Shown one piece after another: positions 19,192 through 29,626 of a DNA stretch of 64,000 nt. Location: positions 12,792 through 76,791 of the forward strand of contig JALNLB010000003.1 of NCBI GenBank assembly GCA_023267885.1, read 5' to 3'. The notes beneath the pieces are model-generated. The model worked only from the letters and a program-made list of their open reading frames with translations, did not search any database and had not been told where the DNA came from. Origin of the DNA: Candidatus Terraquivivens ruidianensis. GTDB taxonomy: Archaea; Thermoproteota; Nitrososphaeria_A; Caldarchaeales; Wolframiiraptoraceae. Every line of letters starts with the position of its first letter. Position 1 is the stretch's first letter. A program made the translations under genes and the position numbers.

Positions 19192-19726
19192 CAGTGCGCG
19201 TGCTGATGAACCAGAAGAGCATGAGCCAGCCGAACGTGACGAAGCTACCGAAATAGTCGTGGAATATTATGGCCGGACCTTTTCCAACGTATACGGCTAT
19301 GAGAGCTACGAGGGCTATCCTAAGTATGTTTACTAGGATTGTTCCCTGAAGGCCTACCAAGGTCGTCGTGAGCTTTCCGAGAAGGGATGAGGACGATTCC
19401 TTAAGGACGAGGTAGGATATGGCCGAGAATATCACGATGCTCTGCCAGCCTATGCAGTTCCAAGCTATGTACAGGGCAATTGCTCCGCCCGGCGCATTTA
19501 GGTAAACGATGGGGCCCGACAGCGTAGCCTCGAGCCCGAAAAGGGCCAGCATGGATGCCGTGAAGCGTGCCACGAGCGGAGCGATGTACGTCTCTATAAA
19601 CCACCATAGGCCGATCGACTTTATAATCTCCGTGAGAAACTCGTTAAAGGTGATGTAAAAAGGCATGATTATAAGGGTAAACGACGCGGCTATGAGAAGT
19701 ACGGCGTAGCCCCTTTCTTCCCTCAA
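19166..19726 (-). CDS. Exosortase/archaeosortase-family transpeptidase
   Basis: IAWNCIGWQS (C91), VNILRI (R136), FHDYFG (H156); multi-TM; overlaps the GT2 start by 26 nt. Confidence 0.88.
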   Translation of the reverse strand: MREERGYAVLLIAASFTLIIMPFYITFNEFLTEIIKSIGLWWFIETYIAPLVARFTASMLALFGLEATLSGPIVYLNAPGGAIALYIAWNCIGWQSIVIFSAISYLVLKESSSSLLGKLTTTLVGLQGTILVNILRIALVALIAVYVGKGPAIIFHDYFGSFVTFGWLMLFWFISTRTGGDSVAGA

Positions 19727-19866
19727 CGCCGTTTAGCTCCGTGTTTTTAATACTTAAAAATAAATTTTTCCCTTATATAGTTATGTTAGGAAAAGCATCG
19801 GCCCTTATCACGTCTGACGTAGCAATTTATATATTCCGAAACAAGGCAACTAATGCCTGAAAGTGT

Positions 19867-20469
19867 ATGTCGGATGCTTTGGATAAAGTTCTCAAAAAGG
19901 TCGCTGAGGAGACCATGATGGAGTGCTTTTCTTTGTTGGACTCTGCCGAGAAGGATGCCATGGTGCTTTTGGATAGTGAAATGCGTGAGGCCAGCAGCGA
20001 GGCTGTGGAAATAATCGAATCGGCCAAGAGGCAGGCCGAGCTGGAGAGGTCTAGGATACTTAGCGTAGCAGAGGTTGAGGCTAGGAATGAGATGCTCATA
20101 CTCGTCGAGGAATACGTCAACATGGTCATAGAGCGTGCCATGGAAAAGCTGAGGCATACTCCAACCATGCCGGATTACAGGGATGCGATGAAAAAGCTAC
20201 TCCTCGAGGGCCTGAACGCTGTAGGAAGCGACGTAAAGGTATGGACGAATGCAAGGAGCATAGGCCTGCTGAGGGAGCTGGCCGAAGAGGTCTCTACGAG
20301 CACGGGCTTTAAGGTATATGTGGACGATGAAGCAATAGACTGCATAGCTGGCTTAAAGGTTAGCAGCTTGGACGGAAAGAGGGTCTTCGACAACACAGTC
20401 GAGGGAAGGCTGAGGCGCCTAAGGCCGGTCCTTAGAAGGGAAGTTGCCAAGCTGCTGGCCATCGAATAA
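19867..20469 (+). CDS. atpE: A/V-type ATP synthase subunit E
   Basis: Coiled-coil N-terminus; IDCIAGLKV...VFDNTVEGRL; directly upstream of subunit A. Confidence 0.9.
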   Translation: MSDALDKVLKKVAEETMMECFSLLDSAEKDAMVLLDSEMREASSEAVEIIESAKRQAELERSRILSVAEVEARNEMLILVEEYVNMVIERAMEKLRHTPTMPDYRDAMKKLLLEGLNAVGSDVKVWTNARSIGLLRELAEEVSTSTGFKVYVDDEAIDCIAGLKVSSLDGKRVFDNTVEGRLRRLRPVLRREVAKLLAIE

Positions 20470-20511
20470 GATATTAATACGAATGGATGCGGCTAAGTGG
20501 GTGGACGTTTT

Positions 20512-22296
20512 ATGGGTATCGAAGGCAAGATAATATGGGTTGCAGGACCAGCGGTAAAGGCAGATGGTATGCTCGGCGCGAAAATGTACGAGACCGTTTA
20601 CGTCGGCGAGGAGAGGCTCATAGGCGAGATAATAAGGTTGACAGGAGACGTCGCCTTCGTACAGGTTTACGAGAACACTAGCGGGCTCTCGCCAGGAGAG
20701 CCTGTTTATGGTACTGGACAACCGCTCTCGGTCATGCTTGGCCCTGGAATAATAGGAAGCATCTACGACGGAGTTCAGAGACCCTTGGATAGGATTGCGT
20801 CTGCCATCGGGCCATTCGTGAAGAGAGGGGTCCAAGCCCCTCCGCTACCGTTCGAGAAGAGGTGGAGGTTTAAGCCTCTCGTAAAGAAAGGAGATGTGCT
20901 CAGCCCAGGAGACTTTGTAGGCGTGGTCCAAGAGACGCCTTTAGTTGAGTGCAGGATAATGGTGCCACCCGACAGCAAGGGCGGAGAGGTGGTTCACATA
21001 GCGGAAGAGGGAGACTACACGGTCGAGGATACTGTTGCAGTACTCTCTAAAAGTGGAGTAAACGAGGAGATAAAGCTGTACCATCGCTGGCCTGTCAGGA
21101 CGCCGAGACCCTTCAAGAGGAGGCTTAGTCCGGAGGTACCGCTCATCACTGGCCAAAGGGTCATAGACACATTCTTCCCGATGGCAAAGGGAGGAACCGG
21201 ATGCATACCCGGAGCATTCGGGACAGGCAAGACTGTCATGCTACACAACCTCGCCAAATGGAGCGACGCCAAAGTGATATTCCACGTGGGCTGCGGCGAG
21301 AGAGGGAACGAGGAGGCAGAAGTCCTGACGAAGTTCCCGGAGCTTACAGACCCTTACAGCGGAAGACCTCTCATGGAAAGGACGGCGCTGATAGCCAACA
21401 CGAGCAACATGCCCGTGGCCGCGAGGGAAGCTAGCATATACACCGGGGTCACCATGGCCGAGTTCTACAGGGACATGGGATACGACGTGCTCTTGGTTGC
21501 GGATTCGACGAGCAGATGGGCTGAGGCGCTGAGGGAGATAAGCGGTAGGCTCGAGGAGATGCCTGCAGAGGAGGGCTATCCAAGTTACCTCGCCAGTAGG
21601 CTTGCCGAGTTCTACGAAAGGGCTGGAAGGGTTGAGACGTTCGGAAGACCAGAAAGAATCGGGAGCGTCACGCTGATAGGCGCCGTCAGCCCGCCTGGCG
21701 GTGACTTCACGGAGCCGGTGACTACGCACACGATGCGCTTCATAAGGACCTTCTGGGGCCTCGACCCAAACTTGGCGTACAGCAGACACTATCCAGCCAT
21801 CAACTGGATAACGAGCTACTCGGGATACGTCGAAACCGTCAAGGTATACTGGGAGTCCCAGGTAAGCAAGGAGTGGTCTGAGCTCAGGTCCTACGTTTAC
21901 TCCATACTACAAAGGGAGGAGGAGCTCTTAGAGATAGTGAGGCTCCTTGGACCAGAGGCCCTGCCCGACGAGGAGAAGCTTTTGCTGGACGTAGCCAGGA
22001 TGGTAAGGGAGGGCTTCCTGCAGCAGAGCGCTTACGACGAAATGGATGCCTACTGCGACGTGAGAAAGCAGGTCAAGCTACTCGGGCTTTTCGCAGAGTT
22101 CCACAAACTGGCGGTAGATGCTCTCAAGCGGGGTGTGCCCTTGAAGAGCATAAGGGGTATGCCGATAATATTCAGGCTCATCAGGGCTAAGTCTGAGGTC
22201 AGGAACGATGAGGTCGAGAAACTCGACGCGTTGCTCGAGACGATGAGGTCTGCGTTCGAGAAGCTCATGGCTGAGGAGGTCGTGGCGGTGAGATGA
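20512..22296 (+). CDS. atpA: A/V-type ATP synthase subunit A
   Basis: [44 protein letters not shown]; no intein seen. Confidence 0.98.
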   Translation: MGIEGKIIWVAGPAVKADGMLGAKMYETVYVGEERLIGEIIRLTGDVAFVQVYENTSGLSPGEPVYGTGQPLSVMLGPGIIGSIYDGVQRPLDRIASAIGPFVKRGVQAPPLPFEKRWRFKPLVKKGDVLSPGDFVGVVQETPLVECRIMVPPDSKGGEVVHIAEEGDYTVEDTVAVLSKSGVNEEIKLYHRWPVRTPRPFKRRLSPEVPLITGQRVIDTFFPMAKGGTGCIPGAFGTGKTVMLHNLAKWSDAKVIFHVGCGERGNEEAEVLTKFPELTDPYSGRPLMERTALIANTSNMPVAAREASIYTGVTMAEFYRDMGYDVLLVADSTSRWAEALREISGRLEEMPAEEGYPSYLASRLAEFYERAGRVETFGRPERIGSVTLIGAVSPPGGDFTEPVTTHTMRFIRTFWGLDPNLAYSRHYPAINWITSYSGYVETVKVYWESQVSKEWSELRSYVYSILQREEELLEIVRLLGPEALPDEEKLLLDVARMVREGFLQQSAYDEMDAYCDVRKQVKLLGLFAEFHKLAVDALKRGVPLKSIRGMPIIFRLIRAKSEVRNDEVEKLDALLETMRSAFEKLMAEEVVAVR

Positions 22297-23708
22297 GCTT
22301 GAGCAAGGACAAGAGGTCAACGCCAGCTGGCCTGACGTACGGAACGATCAGCGAAATAAAAGGCCCACTCATGATAATAGAAGGCGTGACGAAGGCATCT
22401 TACGATGAGCTCGTGGAGATAGAGACGAGGGAAGGCGAGAGACGCCTGGCAAGGGTTCTTGAGGTCGGAATGGGCAAAGCAGTTGTACAAGTCTTCGAGG
22501 GGACGCATGGTCTATCAATAGAGGGCACGGTCGCGAGGTTCTTGGGCAGGGTCATGGAGCTTGGCGTATCGGAGGATATGCTCGGCAGGACCTTCGATGG
22601 ACTCGGAAGACCGCTCGACGGGTTACCGGAGCCGATACCGAGGGAGTTCAGGGACGTGAACGGTGAGCCAATTAACCCCGAGAGACGCGATTATCCGAGC
22701 GACTTCATACAGACAGGCATGTCAGCAATAGATGGAATGAACTCGCTTGTCAGAGGCCAGAAGCTACCGATATTCTCCGGCGCTGGCTTGCCGCACAACA
22801 TGCTGGCCGCGCAGATAGCTAGGCAGGCGACGGTTCCCGGCAAGGAAGAGGAATTTGCGGTTGTGTTCGCAGCCATAGGCGTCCAGAACGATGAGGCGAG
22901 GTTCTTCAAGGAGAGTCTCGAGAAGAGCGGAGCGATATCTAGGAGCGCCCTCTTCCTAAACTTGGCGGACGACCCGGCAATAGAGAGAATCATAACGCCG
23001 AGGATAGCGCTGACGCTTGCCGAGTATCTTGCTTTCTGGCACGACTACCACGTACTCGTAATCTTGACGGATATTACCAACTACTGCGAAAGCCTGCGGG
23101 AGATAAGCGCCGCGAGGGAAGAGGTTCCAGGAAGGAAGGGATATCCAGGATACATGTACACGGATCTTGCCTCGAACTACGAGAGGGCCGGAAGGATAAA
23201 AGGCAAGAAGGGCAGCGTGACGCAGATGCCCATACTGAGCATGCCGAGCGACGACATCACGCACCCAATACCAGACCTAACGGGCTACATCACGGAAGGC
23301 CAGATAGTTCTGAGCAGGGAGCTCTACAGGAAGGGAATATACCCGCCGATAAACGTGCTAATGTCTCTGAGTAGACTGATGGGACCCGGAATCATCGCCG
23401 AGAAAAGGACGAGGGCTGACCACGGTGACGTGAGCAACCAGCTTTATGCAGCCTACTCAAGGGCTGTTCAGTTAAGAGCCTTGGCTGAGATAGTGGGAAG
23501 GTCTGGTTTATCTGCAACCGACATAAAGTATCTGGAGTTCGGTGACCTATTCGAGCAAAGGTTCTTAAAGCAGGGCTATGACGAGAACAGGTCTTTGGAT
23601 GACACGTTGGAAATAGCTTGGGATATACTCTCGAGCCTGCCGGAGCAGGAGCTGACGAAGATAAAGGAAGAGCATATCCACAAATACTACAAAGCAAAGA
23701 GCAGATGA
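22293..23708 (+). CDS. atpB: A/V-type ATP synthase subunit B
   Basis: [43 protein letters not shown]. Confidence 0.98.
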   Translation: MSLSKDKRSTPAGLTYGTISEIKGPLMIIEGVTKASYDELVEIETREGERRLARVLEVGMGKAVVQVFEGTHGLSIEGTVARFLGRVMELGVSEDMLGRTFDGLGRPLDGLPEPIPREFRDVNGEPINPERRDYPSDFIQTGMSAIDGMNSLVRGQKLPIFSGAGLPHNMLAAQIARQATVPGKEEEFAVVFAAIGVQNDEARFFKESLEKSGAISRSALFLNLADDPAIERIITPRIALTLAEYLAFWHDYHVLVILTDITNYCESLREISAAREEVPGRKGYPGYMYTDLASNYERAGRIKGKKGSVTQMPILSMPSDDITHPIPDLTGYITEGQIVLSRELYRKGIYPPINVLMSLSRLMGPGIIAEKRTRADHGDVSNQLYAAYSRAVQLRALAEIVGRSGLSATDIKYLEFGDLFEQRFLKQGYDENRSLDDTLEIAWDILSSLPEQELTKIKEEHIHKYYKAKSR

Positions 23709-23826
23709 TAAGCTCAGTTTTGGTATCGGCCTAAAGCTATCATACGACGCACGGTTCCTATGTAAACTACGTAATTTAATTCGGTTAGCCTTTTTACAGG
23801 TCGAATCTAAGTAACCCAAGGTAAGC

Positions 23827-24684
23827 ATGTCAGAAGCAAAGGAAGGCCGCAAGAGCTTAAGCAAGACCGTTGCGCTTATCGCGATCTGTGCTGCGCTCTA
23901 CGCAGCCGCAGCGGCTGCTACCTCGCCGATACCCACTCCTTGGGGTGTAGGCCATTTCAGGCCAGGCGTCATAGTACCTGCTTTGTTCGCATTAATCTCC
24001 ACACCTCTCGTAGCCGGAACAGGTGCCGCGATAGGAACATTCATGGCCAGCTTCATCCTCGCCACGTTTGGCCTAAGCAACCCGGCTCTGAGCTTGGTGT
24101 CGGGCGTTCCCGGGAACCTCGTTGGCTTCTACTTATTGGGCTGGTTACTATCTAAGGGCAGAACATGGCGTTCCTTCGTTTCCAGTAGCATCGTATCCCT
24201 ATTCGTCGGGAACTTCATAGCGGCGACCGGTGTGACGGCGTACTTCTCCTTCGTCGTGCCAACTTGGGCGGCATGGACGATTAATGAGAAGCTTCTTACG
24301 ATACTCGGCCTCACATTATTCTGGATGGTTACGATGATTCCGTTCGTCGTTGCCCTAGTGCCTCCGCTCTACAGAGGGATAGCGCCGATCGTATCGGAGA
24401 GGTTTGCCACGGCCGTGAGGTCCGAGGTTTTCGGCAACGACAAGCCTAGGGACCTACTATACAACTCGGTCATGATATTCTTGCTATTCGTGGCCATTTA
24501 TGTGGGCGTGGTTATGACGCCCTTCGGTGACGCCATCTTTAGCAAGGTCATCAGGCCCGAATACATCTTTTGGGTCAAGAACCTGTTCATAATAGCAGGT
24601 GGTACCGTGCTGGCGTTCGGGTTGACAGCGTCGTTCTTCATGGGCAAGAAGTTGTCCCCGGAAAGCATCGGACGGAGAATCTAA
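23827..24684 (+). CDS. Integral membrane protein, ECF S-component-like
   Basis: Multiple TM helices; FRPGVIVPALFAL...GAAIGTF pattern. Confidence 0.6.
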   Translation: MSEAKEGRKSLSKTVALIAICAALYAAAAAATSPIPTPWGVGHFRPGVIVPALFALISTPLVAGTGAAIGTFMASFILATFGLSNPALSLVSGVPGNLVGFYLLGWLLSKGRTWRSFVSSSIVSLFVGNFIAATGVTAYFSFVVPTWAAWTINEKLLTILGLTLFWMVTMIPFVVALVPPLYRGIAPIVSERFATAVRSEVFGNDKPRDLLYNSVMIFLLFVAIYVGVVMTPFGDAIFSKVIRPEYIFWVKNLFIIAGGTVLAFGLTASFFMGKKLSPESIGRRI

Positions 24685-24740
24685 AGCATCGCGTCTTTAA
24701 GGGTTATTTAGAAGAAGCTCAAAACGGTTAGCGAAAGACA

Positions 24741-24847
24741 GGGGCCGTGGTCTAGCGGTATGACGCGCTCGCATAAGGCCGCCCTCACGGCACCTCGATA
24801 TGGCTGGGAAACGGCGGAGGTCGTGGGTTCGAACCCCACCGGCCCCA
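24741..24847 (+). tRNA. tRNA-Val(CAC) with two introns (about 24765-24777 at 25/26 and about 24789-24810 at 36/37)
   Basis: GGGGCCG/CGGCCCC acceptor, CCGCC-CT-CAC..GGCGG anticodon arm, GTGGG-TTCGAAC-CCCAC T arm; removing 13 and 22 nt gives 72 nt. Confidence 0.82.
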
Positions 24848-24933
24848 TCCACGCGAACATTACGAAGAACCTCAGAAATATATCGAGTGAAGGTTAGAAA
24901 AACTAAAATCAAGTTGTTTACACATACCTTACC

Positions 24934-25812
24934 ATGAGTTTTGTCGGTTTCATAGGTCTCGGGCTTATGGGAAAGCCCATGGCGAGTAGGTTGCTGAAAG
25001 CTGGATATGAGGTGGTGGTGCATAATCGGAGCCCTAAGCCCGTGGAGGAGCTTGTCGCGTTGGGCGCCCTTCCCGCATCGTCACCTCGTGAGGTGGCTGA
25101 GCGGTCGGAGTTTATTATCACGATGCTACCTGACAATCCCGATGTACGTTCGGTCATCGCTGGGACCAACGGCGTAATCGAGGGAGTTAGAAAGGGTATG
25201 GTTGTTATCGACATGTCCACGATCTCGCCCTCTCTTGTTCGGGAGCTCCATAAGATGTTGGCCGATAAGGACGTAGATCTTCTCGATGCGCCAGTATCTG
25301 GAAGTACGATGGCCGCAGAGGCTGGTACCCTTACCATCATGGTTGGTGGAAAGCAGGAGGCCTACGAGCGAGCTCTACCGCTTTTCAGGGCTATGGGTGA
25401 CAAAATCTTTTACATGGGCGACCCGGGAATGGGAGCTTACACCAAGCTTTGTAACCAGATAGCTGTTGGCCTCAACCTCCTCGCAACCTGTGAGGTCCTC
25501 CTCTTAGCCAAAAAGGTCGGCTTAGACCAGCAGAAGGTTATCGAAGTCCTCAGCACCGGCGCGGGCAACTCTTGGCAACTCACCACACTCGGTCCACGAA
25601 TTATAAAGCGTGACTTCAGGCCTGGCTTCAAGGTTCAGCACTTACGGAAAGACTTACGCATCATTCGGGAGATTGCCGAGCAGCTTGGTCTACCGTTGAT
25701 TGGTATCAGCTCGGTGGCCGAACTTGTCAAAGCTTTAGACCAGAAAGGACACGGGACCGATGGAACTCAATCGCTAATAACGTTACTGGAAGAGTTGGCC
25801 GGTATGGGGTAG
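24934..25812 (+). CDS. NAD(P)-dependent beta-hydroxyacid dehydrogenase (GarR/3-hydroxyisobutyrate DH family)
   Basis: GFIGLGLMGKPMA, IDMSTISP, LDAPVSGS, KLCNQ, KDL. Confidence 0.93.
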   Translation: MSFVGFIGLGLMGKPMASRLLKAGYEVVVHNRSPKPVEELVALGALPASSPREVAERSEFIITMLPDNPDVRSVIAGTNGVIEGVRKGMVVIDMSTISPSLVRELHKMLADKDVDLLDAPVSGSTMAAEAGTLTIMVGGKQEAYERALPLFRAMGDKIFYMGDPGMGAYTKLCNQIAVGLNLLATCEVLLLAKKVGLDQQKVIEVLSTGAGNSWQLTTLGPRIIKRDFRPGFKVQHLRKDLRIIREIAEQLGLPLIGISSVAELVKALDQKGHGTDGTQSLITLLEELAGMG

Positions 25813-25946
25813 CCGCATTTTTATCCTCAGATACCTGAGCGAAGGTTCTGTTCAGGCTAAGATAAAGGTTTGAAGACATGTTAATTTTAGGACCGATTTG
25901 CTAAGAATAAAGCTTGGCCTGATCGAAACTTTGCCTGAATAAACTT

Positions 25947-26108
25947 TTAGCGCTTTATCTCTCGCCTCTTCCACCTGAGATTCCTACTTCTGCACTTTCT
26001 GCACTTTTCTGCGGAGGCCGGATTCCTTACGCCGCAATTTCTGCATATCTTCACGTAGAGCTTGCGTCTCTGGGCCAGCTGTAGTAGCTCGGTATCCCTT
26101 ATAGGCAT
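25947..26108 (-). CDS. rpl40e: 50S ribosomal protein L40e
   Basis: MPIRD...KICRNCGVRNPASAEKCRKC...LRWK. Confidence 0.96.
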   Translation of the reverse strand: MPIRDTELLQLAQRRKLYVKICRNCGVRNPASAEKCRKCRSRNLRWKRREIKR

Positions 26109-26254
26109 GTCAGCGGTTGCCCCTAAAGCCACTAAATAAGGCCTTTCTTAAACTTTATTCTTTCAGCAAGCCCATATCCTCGGGGAAAGTATTTATTTAG
26201 GGCTCAGAAGATATCCTCAGTAGTCCCGCTAGTAGAAAAATACTGGTGAGTAAA

Positions 26255-26536
26255 ATGTCAAAGGAGCAACCGGCGTCTACGATACTCGTAGGGAAGAAGC
26301 CTCTGATGAACTACGTGTTCGCGTGCTTGACGAGTCTTCAGAGCGGTTCTAATAACCTAGTCGTAAAGGCCAGGGGACGGGCGATAAGCAAGGCGGTCGA
26401 CCTAGTCCAGATACTTCAGCAAAGGTTCCACAAAGACTTGAAGATAACGGACATAAAGATAGGTACTGAGCAGGTAACGGGTCAGGACAACCGGACGGTA
26501 AACGTGAGCACGATAGAGATCAGCATAAGCAGGTAG
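26255..26536 (+). CDS. albA: DNA/RNA-binding protein Alba
   Basis: LVGKKPLMNYV...KARGRAISKAVD...VSTIEI. Confidence 0.97.
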   Translation: MSKEQPASTILVGKKPLMNYVFACLTSLQSGSNNLVVKARGRAISKAVDLVQILQQRFHKDLKITDIKIGTEQVTGQDNRTVNVSTIEISISR

Positions 26537-26600
26537 CCGACATCCCGGCGACTAGAAAATGGGTAGTCATGCCGCAGCGGGCTACTTGGTGGTGTGCAGG

Positions 26601-27212
26601 ATGGAAATGCCAGTGTGTGCGTTCGACTTAAGGACTGGTATATTCTGCGAAAGGTGTGAAGAGAAGGTCAGACGTGGCGAAGTATCAGAGTTGGACATAA
26701 GGGTAATGAAGAGTCTCTTGGAGCTGGAGAAGACTTTCCACCAGCTCCAATCCATGTGCTACGTAAAGAGCGTGGACACTAAAGATACAATAGCCGTGGT
26801 GCTGAGGAATGGAAATCTGAACGCGATGTCCCAACAATCGTTGGCATCGCTAAGGAGGAAACTCTCGGACATCCTGGGCAAGAACGTTAAGCTCATTGAG
26901 GACTCTTCCGACATAGGTAGGTTCTTGGAACCACTCGTCGCACCGGCGAGGATAGTCGCCATCAACAAGATATGGCTGCCCGACAACTCCATGGAGATAA
27001 GGATAATCCTTGACGAGGAGAGGGGCCTAAAGCTTAGCGTTGAATCCATTCAGGAAATTGCGAGGGTAACGAAGAGCGTGAATCTCAAGGTGGACTTTGC
27101 GAGAAGGTCATGGAAAAGGATGCTACCAGTAAAGCAGAAGGTAGTGAAGGAAGCGGATGCCCCTGAAGATAGGGATAAAAGACGGAACAAAAATCATCTA
27201 GTAAACGTCTAA
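26601..27212 (+). CDS. Archaeal NusA-like KH-domain protein with N-terminal Cys motif
   Basis: MPVCAFDLRTGIFCERC...PARIVAINKIWLPD. Confidence 0.8.
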   Translation: MEMPVCAFDLRTGIFCERCEEKVRRGEVSELDIRVMKSLLELEKTFHQLQSMCYVKSVDTKDTIAVVLRNGNLNAMSQQSLASLRRKLSDILGKNVKLIEDSSDIGRFLEPLVAPARIVAINKIWLPDNSMEIRIILDEERGLKLSVESIQEIARVTKSVNLKVDFARRSWKRMLPVKQKVVKEADAPEDRDKRRNKNHLVNV

Positions 27213-27218
27213 AGCGGG

Positions 27219-28538
27219 ATGGTTGTTTTGGTCAAGAAGATGTGGATTAGAACGCACGTTGCACGCCAGATAAAGCCAGAATTGAATGGCCAAGAGGTCC
27301 ACTTGGTCGGATGGGTTCATGAGGTTAGGGATCTGGGCGGCATAAAGTTCATCTTGCTTCGCGACGCATCAGGGCTTTGTCAAGTCTCCGCCAGAAAGTC
27401 TGAGTTATCACAAGGTATGGTTTCGGCACTGGAGGGGCTTGGTAGCGAGGACGTCGTTTACGTTAATGGCGTCGTCAGTGAGGAGCCGAAGGCGAGGCTA
27501 GGCGTTGAGGTCAAGCTAAAGGAGCTAAGGATTCTTAGCAAAGCACGGCAACCAATACCTTACGACGTAACAGGAAAGGTTCCGGCCGGCATGGACACAA
27601 GACTCAATTATAGAATACTTGACCTCCGAAAGCCCGAGAACAAGGCAATATTCAAGATAGCCACCACGGCGCTCGAAGCGATAAGGGAGTTTTTCTTGAA
27701 GGAGGGCTTCGTAGAGGTTAGAACACCGAAGATAATAGCCACGGCTACAGAGGGTGGCGCGGCCCTCTTCCCTGTTCAGTACTTTGAGAGAACCGCATAC
27801 CTCGCCCAGAGCCCGCAGCTTTACAAGGAGCAACTCACGACAGTTTTCGAGAAGGTCTTCGAGATAGGTCCGTTCTTCAGAGCTGAGGAGTCGCACACAA
27901 GAAGGCATGTGAGCGAGTTTACGTCGGTAGACATAGAAATGGCATTCGCTGACCTTTACGACGTCATGAACGTCTTGGAGAGGTTGATTGCATACGTAAT
28001 CGGCGCCGTCATTAAGAATAACGCGGAGGAGTTGAATTTACTGGACGTCACGCTTAAGCCCATCCAGCTACCGTTAAAGAGGTTCACGTACAAGGATATG
28101 CTGGAGGAACTCAGAAAGGAAGGAAGGGAGCTAAAATGGGGCGACGACTTCGGAACCGAAGAGAACAGGATACTCGGCAAGAAGCATCCTTACTACTACT
28201 TCATAACACACTTCCCGACGAAGGCTAAGCCGTTCTACATACAGCCCTGCGAGGATGACCCGCAAATTTCGGAGTCATTCGACCTAATGTATCAGTGGCT
28301 TGAACTCGCGTCAGGGGGAACGAGAGTATCCGATAGAAGTCTGCTAGAGAGGAGGCTGAGGGAGCAGGGTCTAAACCCCGAGAGCTTCAAGAGTCATCTC
28401 TCTGTCTTCGACTATGGAATGCCTGTCCACGCAGGATGGGGTCTTGGATTTGATAGGCTGACGATGGTACTCACCAAGAGGACGAATATACGGGAGGTTA
28501 TACTCTTCCCGAGGGACAGATTCAGGCTCGAGCCTTAG
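27219..28538 (+). CDS. aspS: Aspartate--tRNA ligase
   Basis: GWVHEVRDLGG, ATEGGA, AQSPQLYK, FRAEES, HAGWGLGFDR, FPRD. Confidence 0.97.
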   Translation: MVVLVKKMWIRTHVARQIKPELNGQEVHLVGWVHEVRDLGGIKFILLRDASGLCQVSARKSELSQGMVSALEGLGSEDVVYVNGVVSEEPKARLGVEVKLKELRILSKARQPIPYDVTGKVPAGMDTRLNYRILDLRKPENKAIFKIATTALEAIREFFLKEGFVEVRTPKIIATATEGGAALFPVQYFERTAYLAQSPQLYKEQLTTVFEKVFEIGPFFRAEESHTRRHVSEFTSVDIEMAFADLYDVMNVLERLIAYVIGAVIKNNAEELNLLDVTLKPIQLPLKRFTYKDMLEELRKEGRELKWGDDFGTEENRILGKKHPYYYFITHFPTKAKPFYIQPCEDDPQISESFDLMYQWLELASGGTRVSDRSLLERRLREQGLNPESFKSHLSVFDYGMPVHAGWGLGFDRLTMVLTKRTNIREVILFPRDRFRLEP

Positions 28539-28545
28539 TGATAAG

Positions 28546-29625
28546 TCAAAGCAAGCCCGCTTGAATCAGTGTCGCGACTATCAAAAGGTTTAGGAGCGCT
28601 AGCGGTATCAGGACTCTCCAGCCAAGGTCAAGCAGCTTGTCTAAGGTAATCCTCGGAAACACGCCTCTGAGCAGGAGTACCAAGAAAACAACGATCAGGC
28701 TCTTGAGTATTAACCAGAAAGGCCCCAAGATGCTTTCGGGCACACCCGCTATCGAGGGCCCGTGCCAACCTCCAAGAAAGAGCAGGGCGGTAAGGATTGC
28801 GACGGCATCGAGCTTTATGTAAGCGGCAAGATAGAACAGCGCAAAGTACGCACCCGTGTATTCTGTCTGCCATCCGCTGACTAGCTCCTGCTCAGCCGTC
28901 GGAAGGTCAAACGGAACCCTCTCGACCTCGGCGATGGAGGTTATTAAGAATACGATGAATCCCAAGAGGGCTGGTATTATGAAAGGTAGCCCTGCTTGCG
29001 CCTCCACTATCCTTTCTAAGTTGAATGACCTTGCGGCTAAGGTTACGCTGGCAATCGCCAAGAAGAATGGGACCTCGTAGGAGAACACTTGGAAGGCGAA
29101 CCTGACCATTCCGATGAAGCTGTACTTGCTTCTCGATGCCCATCCGGCCACGAGTATCGTGATTGGTGTTACCGCCAGTATAACAAAGACCAATAGGAGG
29201 CTGATATCCGAGGGATATATCACCCAGCCAGGGCCTAGGGGTAGGAAGGCAAAGGTTAGTATCGAAAGGGCGCCGCACAGGATTGGCATGGAAACGTAAA
29301 GCGGCTTTACGGCCTTCTCGGGGACTATCAGTTCTTTGGACAAAAGCTTCACGGCGTCGGCCACAAGCTGGAGGAGACCTGCATACTTACCTACGTGAAG
29401 GGGTCCTAACCTTACCATCACCCTAGCTAAGAGTTTCCTCTCGAACCATATCGTGAACATGACGAAGGTGAGTATGAAAAGTATCCCAGGAAATACTATT
29501 GCCTTTATGAAAGCATCGCTGTGTAAGAACAGTATGAAGTCTCTCAATGGTTGTGACAAATCGTTAAGGAAGTTGGCAGCGGCCTTTGCGTACTCCTGAA
29601 GAATTGGCGATAACAACCCACTCAT
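28546..29625 (-). CDS. nuoH: NADH:quinone oxidoreductase-like subunit H
   Basis: ERKLLAR...RLGP, GLLQLVADAVKLLSKE, RVPFDLPTAEQELVSGWQTEY. Confidence 0.96.
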   Translation of the reverse strand: MSGLLSPILQEYAKAAANFLNDLSQPLRDFILFLHSDAFIKAIVFPGILFILTFVMFTIWFERKLLARVMVRLGPLHVGKYAGLLQLVADAVKLLSKELIVPEKAVKPLYVSMPILCGALSILTFAFLPLGPGWVIYPSDISLLLVFVILAVTPITILVAGWASRSKYSFIGMVRFAFQVFSYEVPFFLAIASVTLAARSFNLERIVEAQAGLPFIIPALLGFIVFLITSIAEVERVPFDLPTAEQELVSGWQTEYTGAYFALFYLAAYIKLDAVAILTALLFLGGWHGPSIAGVPESILGPFWLILKSLIVVFLVLLLRGVFPRITLDKLLDLGWRVLIPLALLNLLIVATLIQAGLL

Positions 29626-29626
29626 C

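Noticed and set aside
20512-22296. Intein in atpA, a common host
   Set aside because: Normal length with continuous motifs
24697-25023. Short antisense ORFs over tRNAs and core genes, here and throughout the track
   Set aside because: Shadow ORFs of real genes with no protein-like motifs
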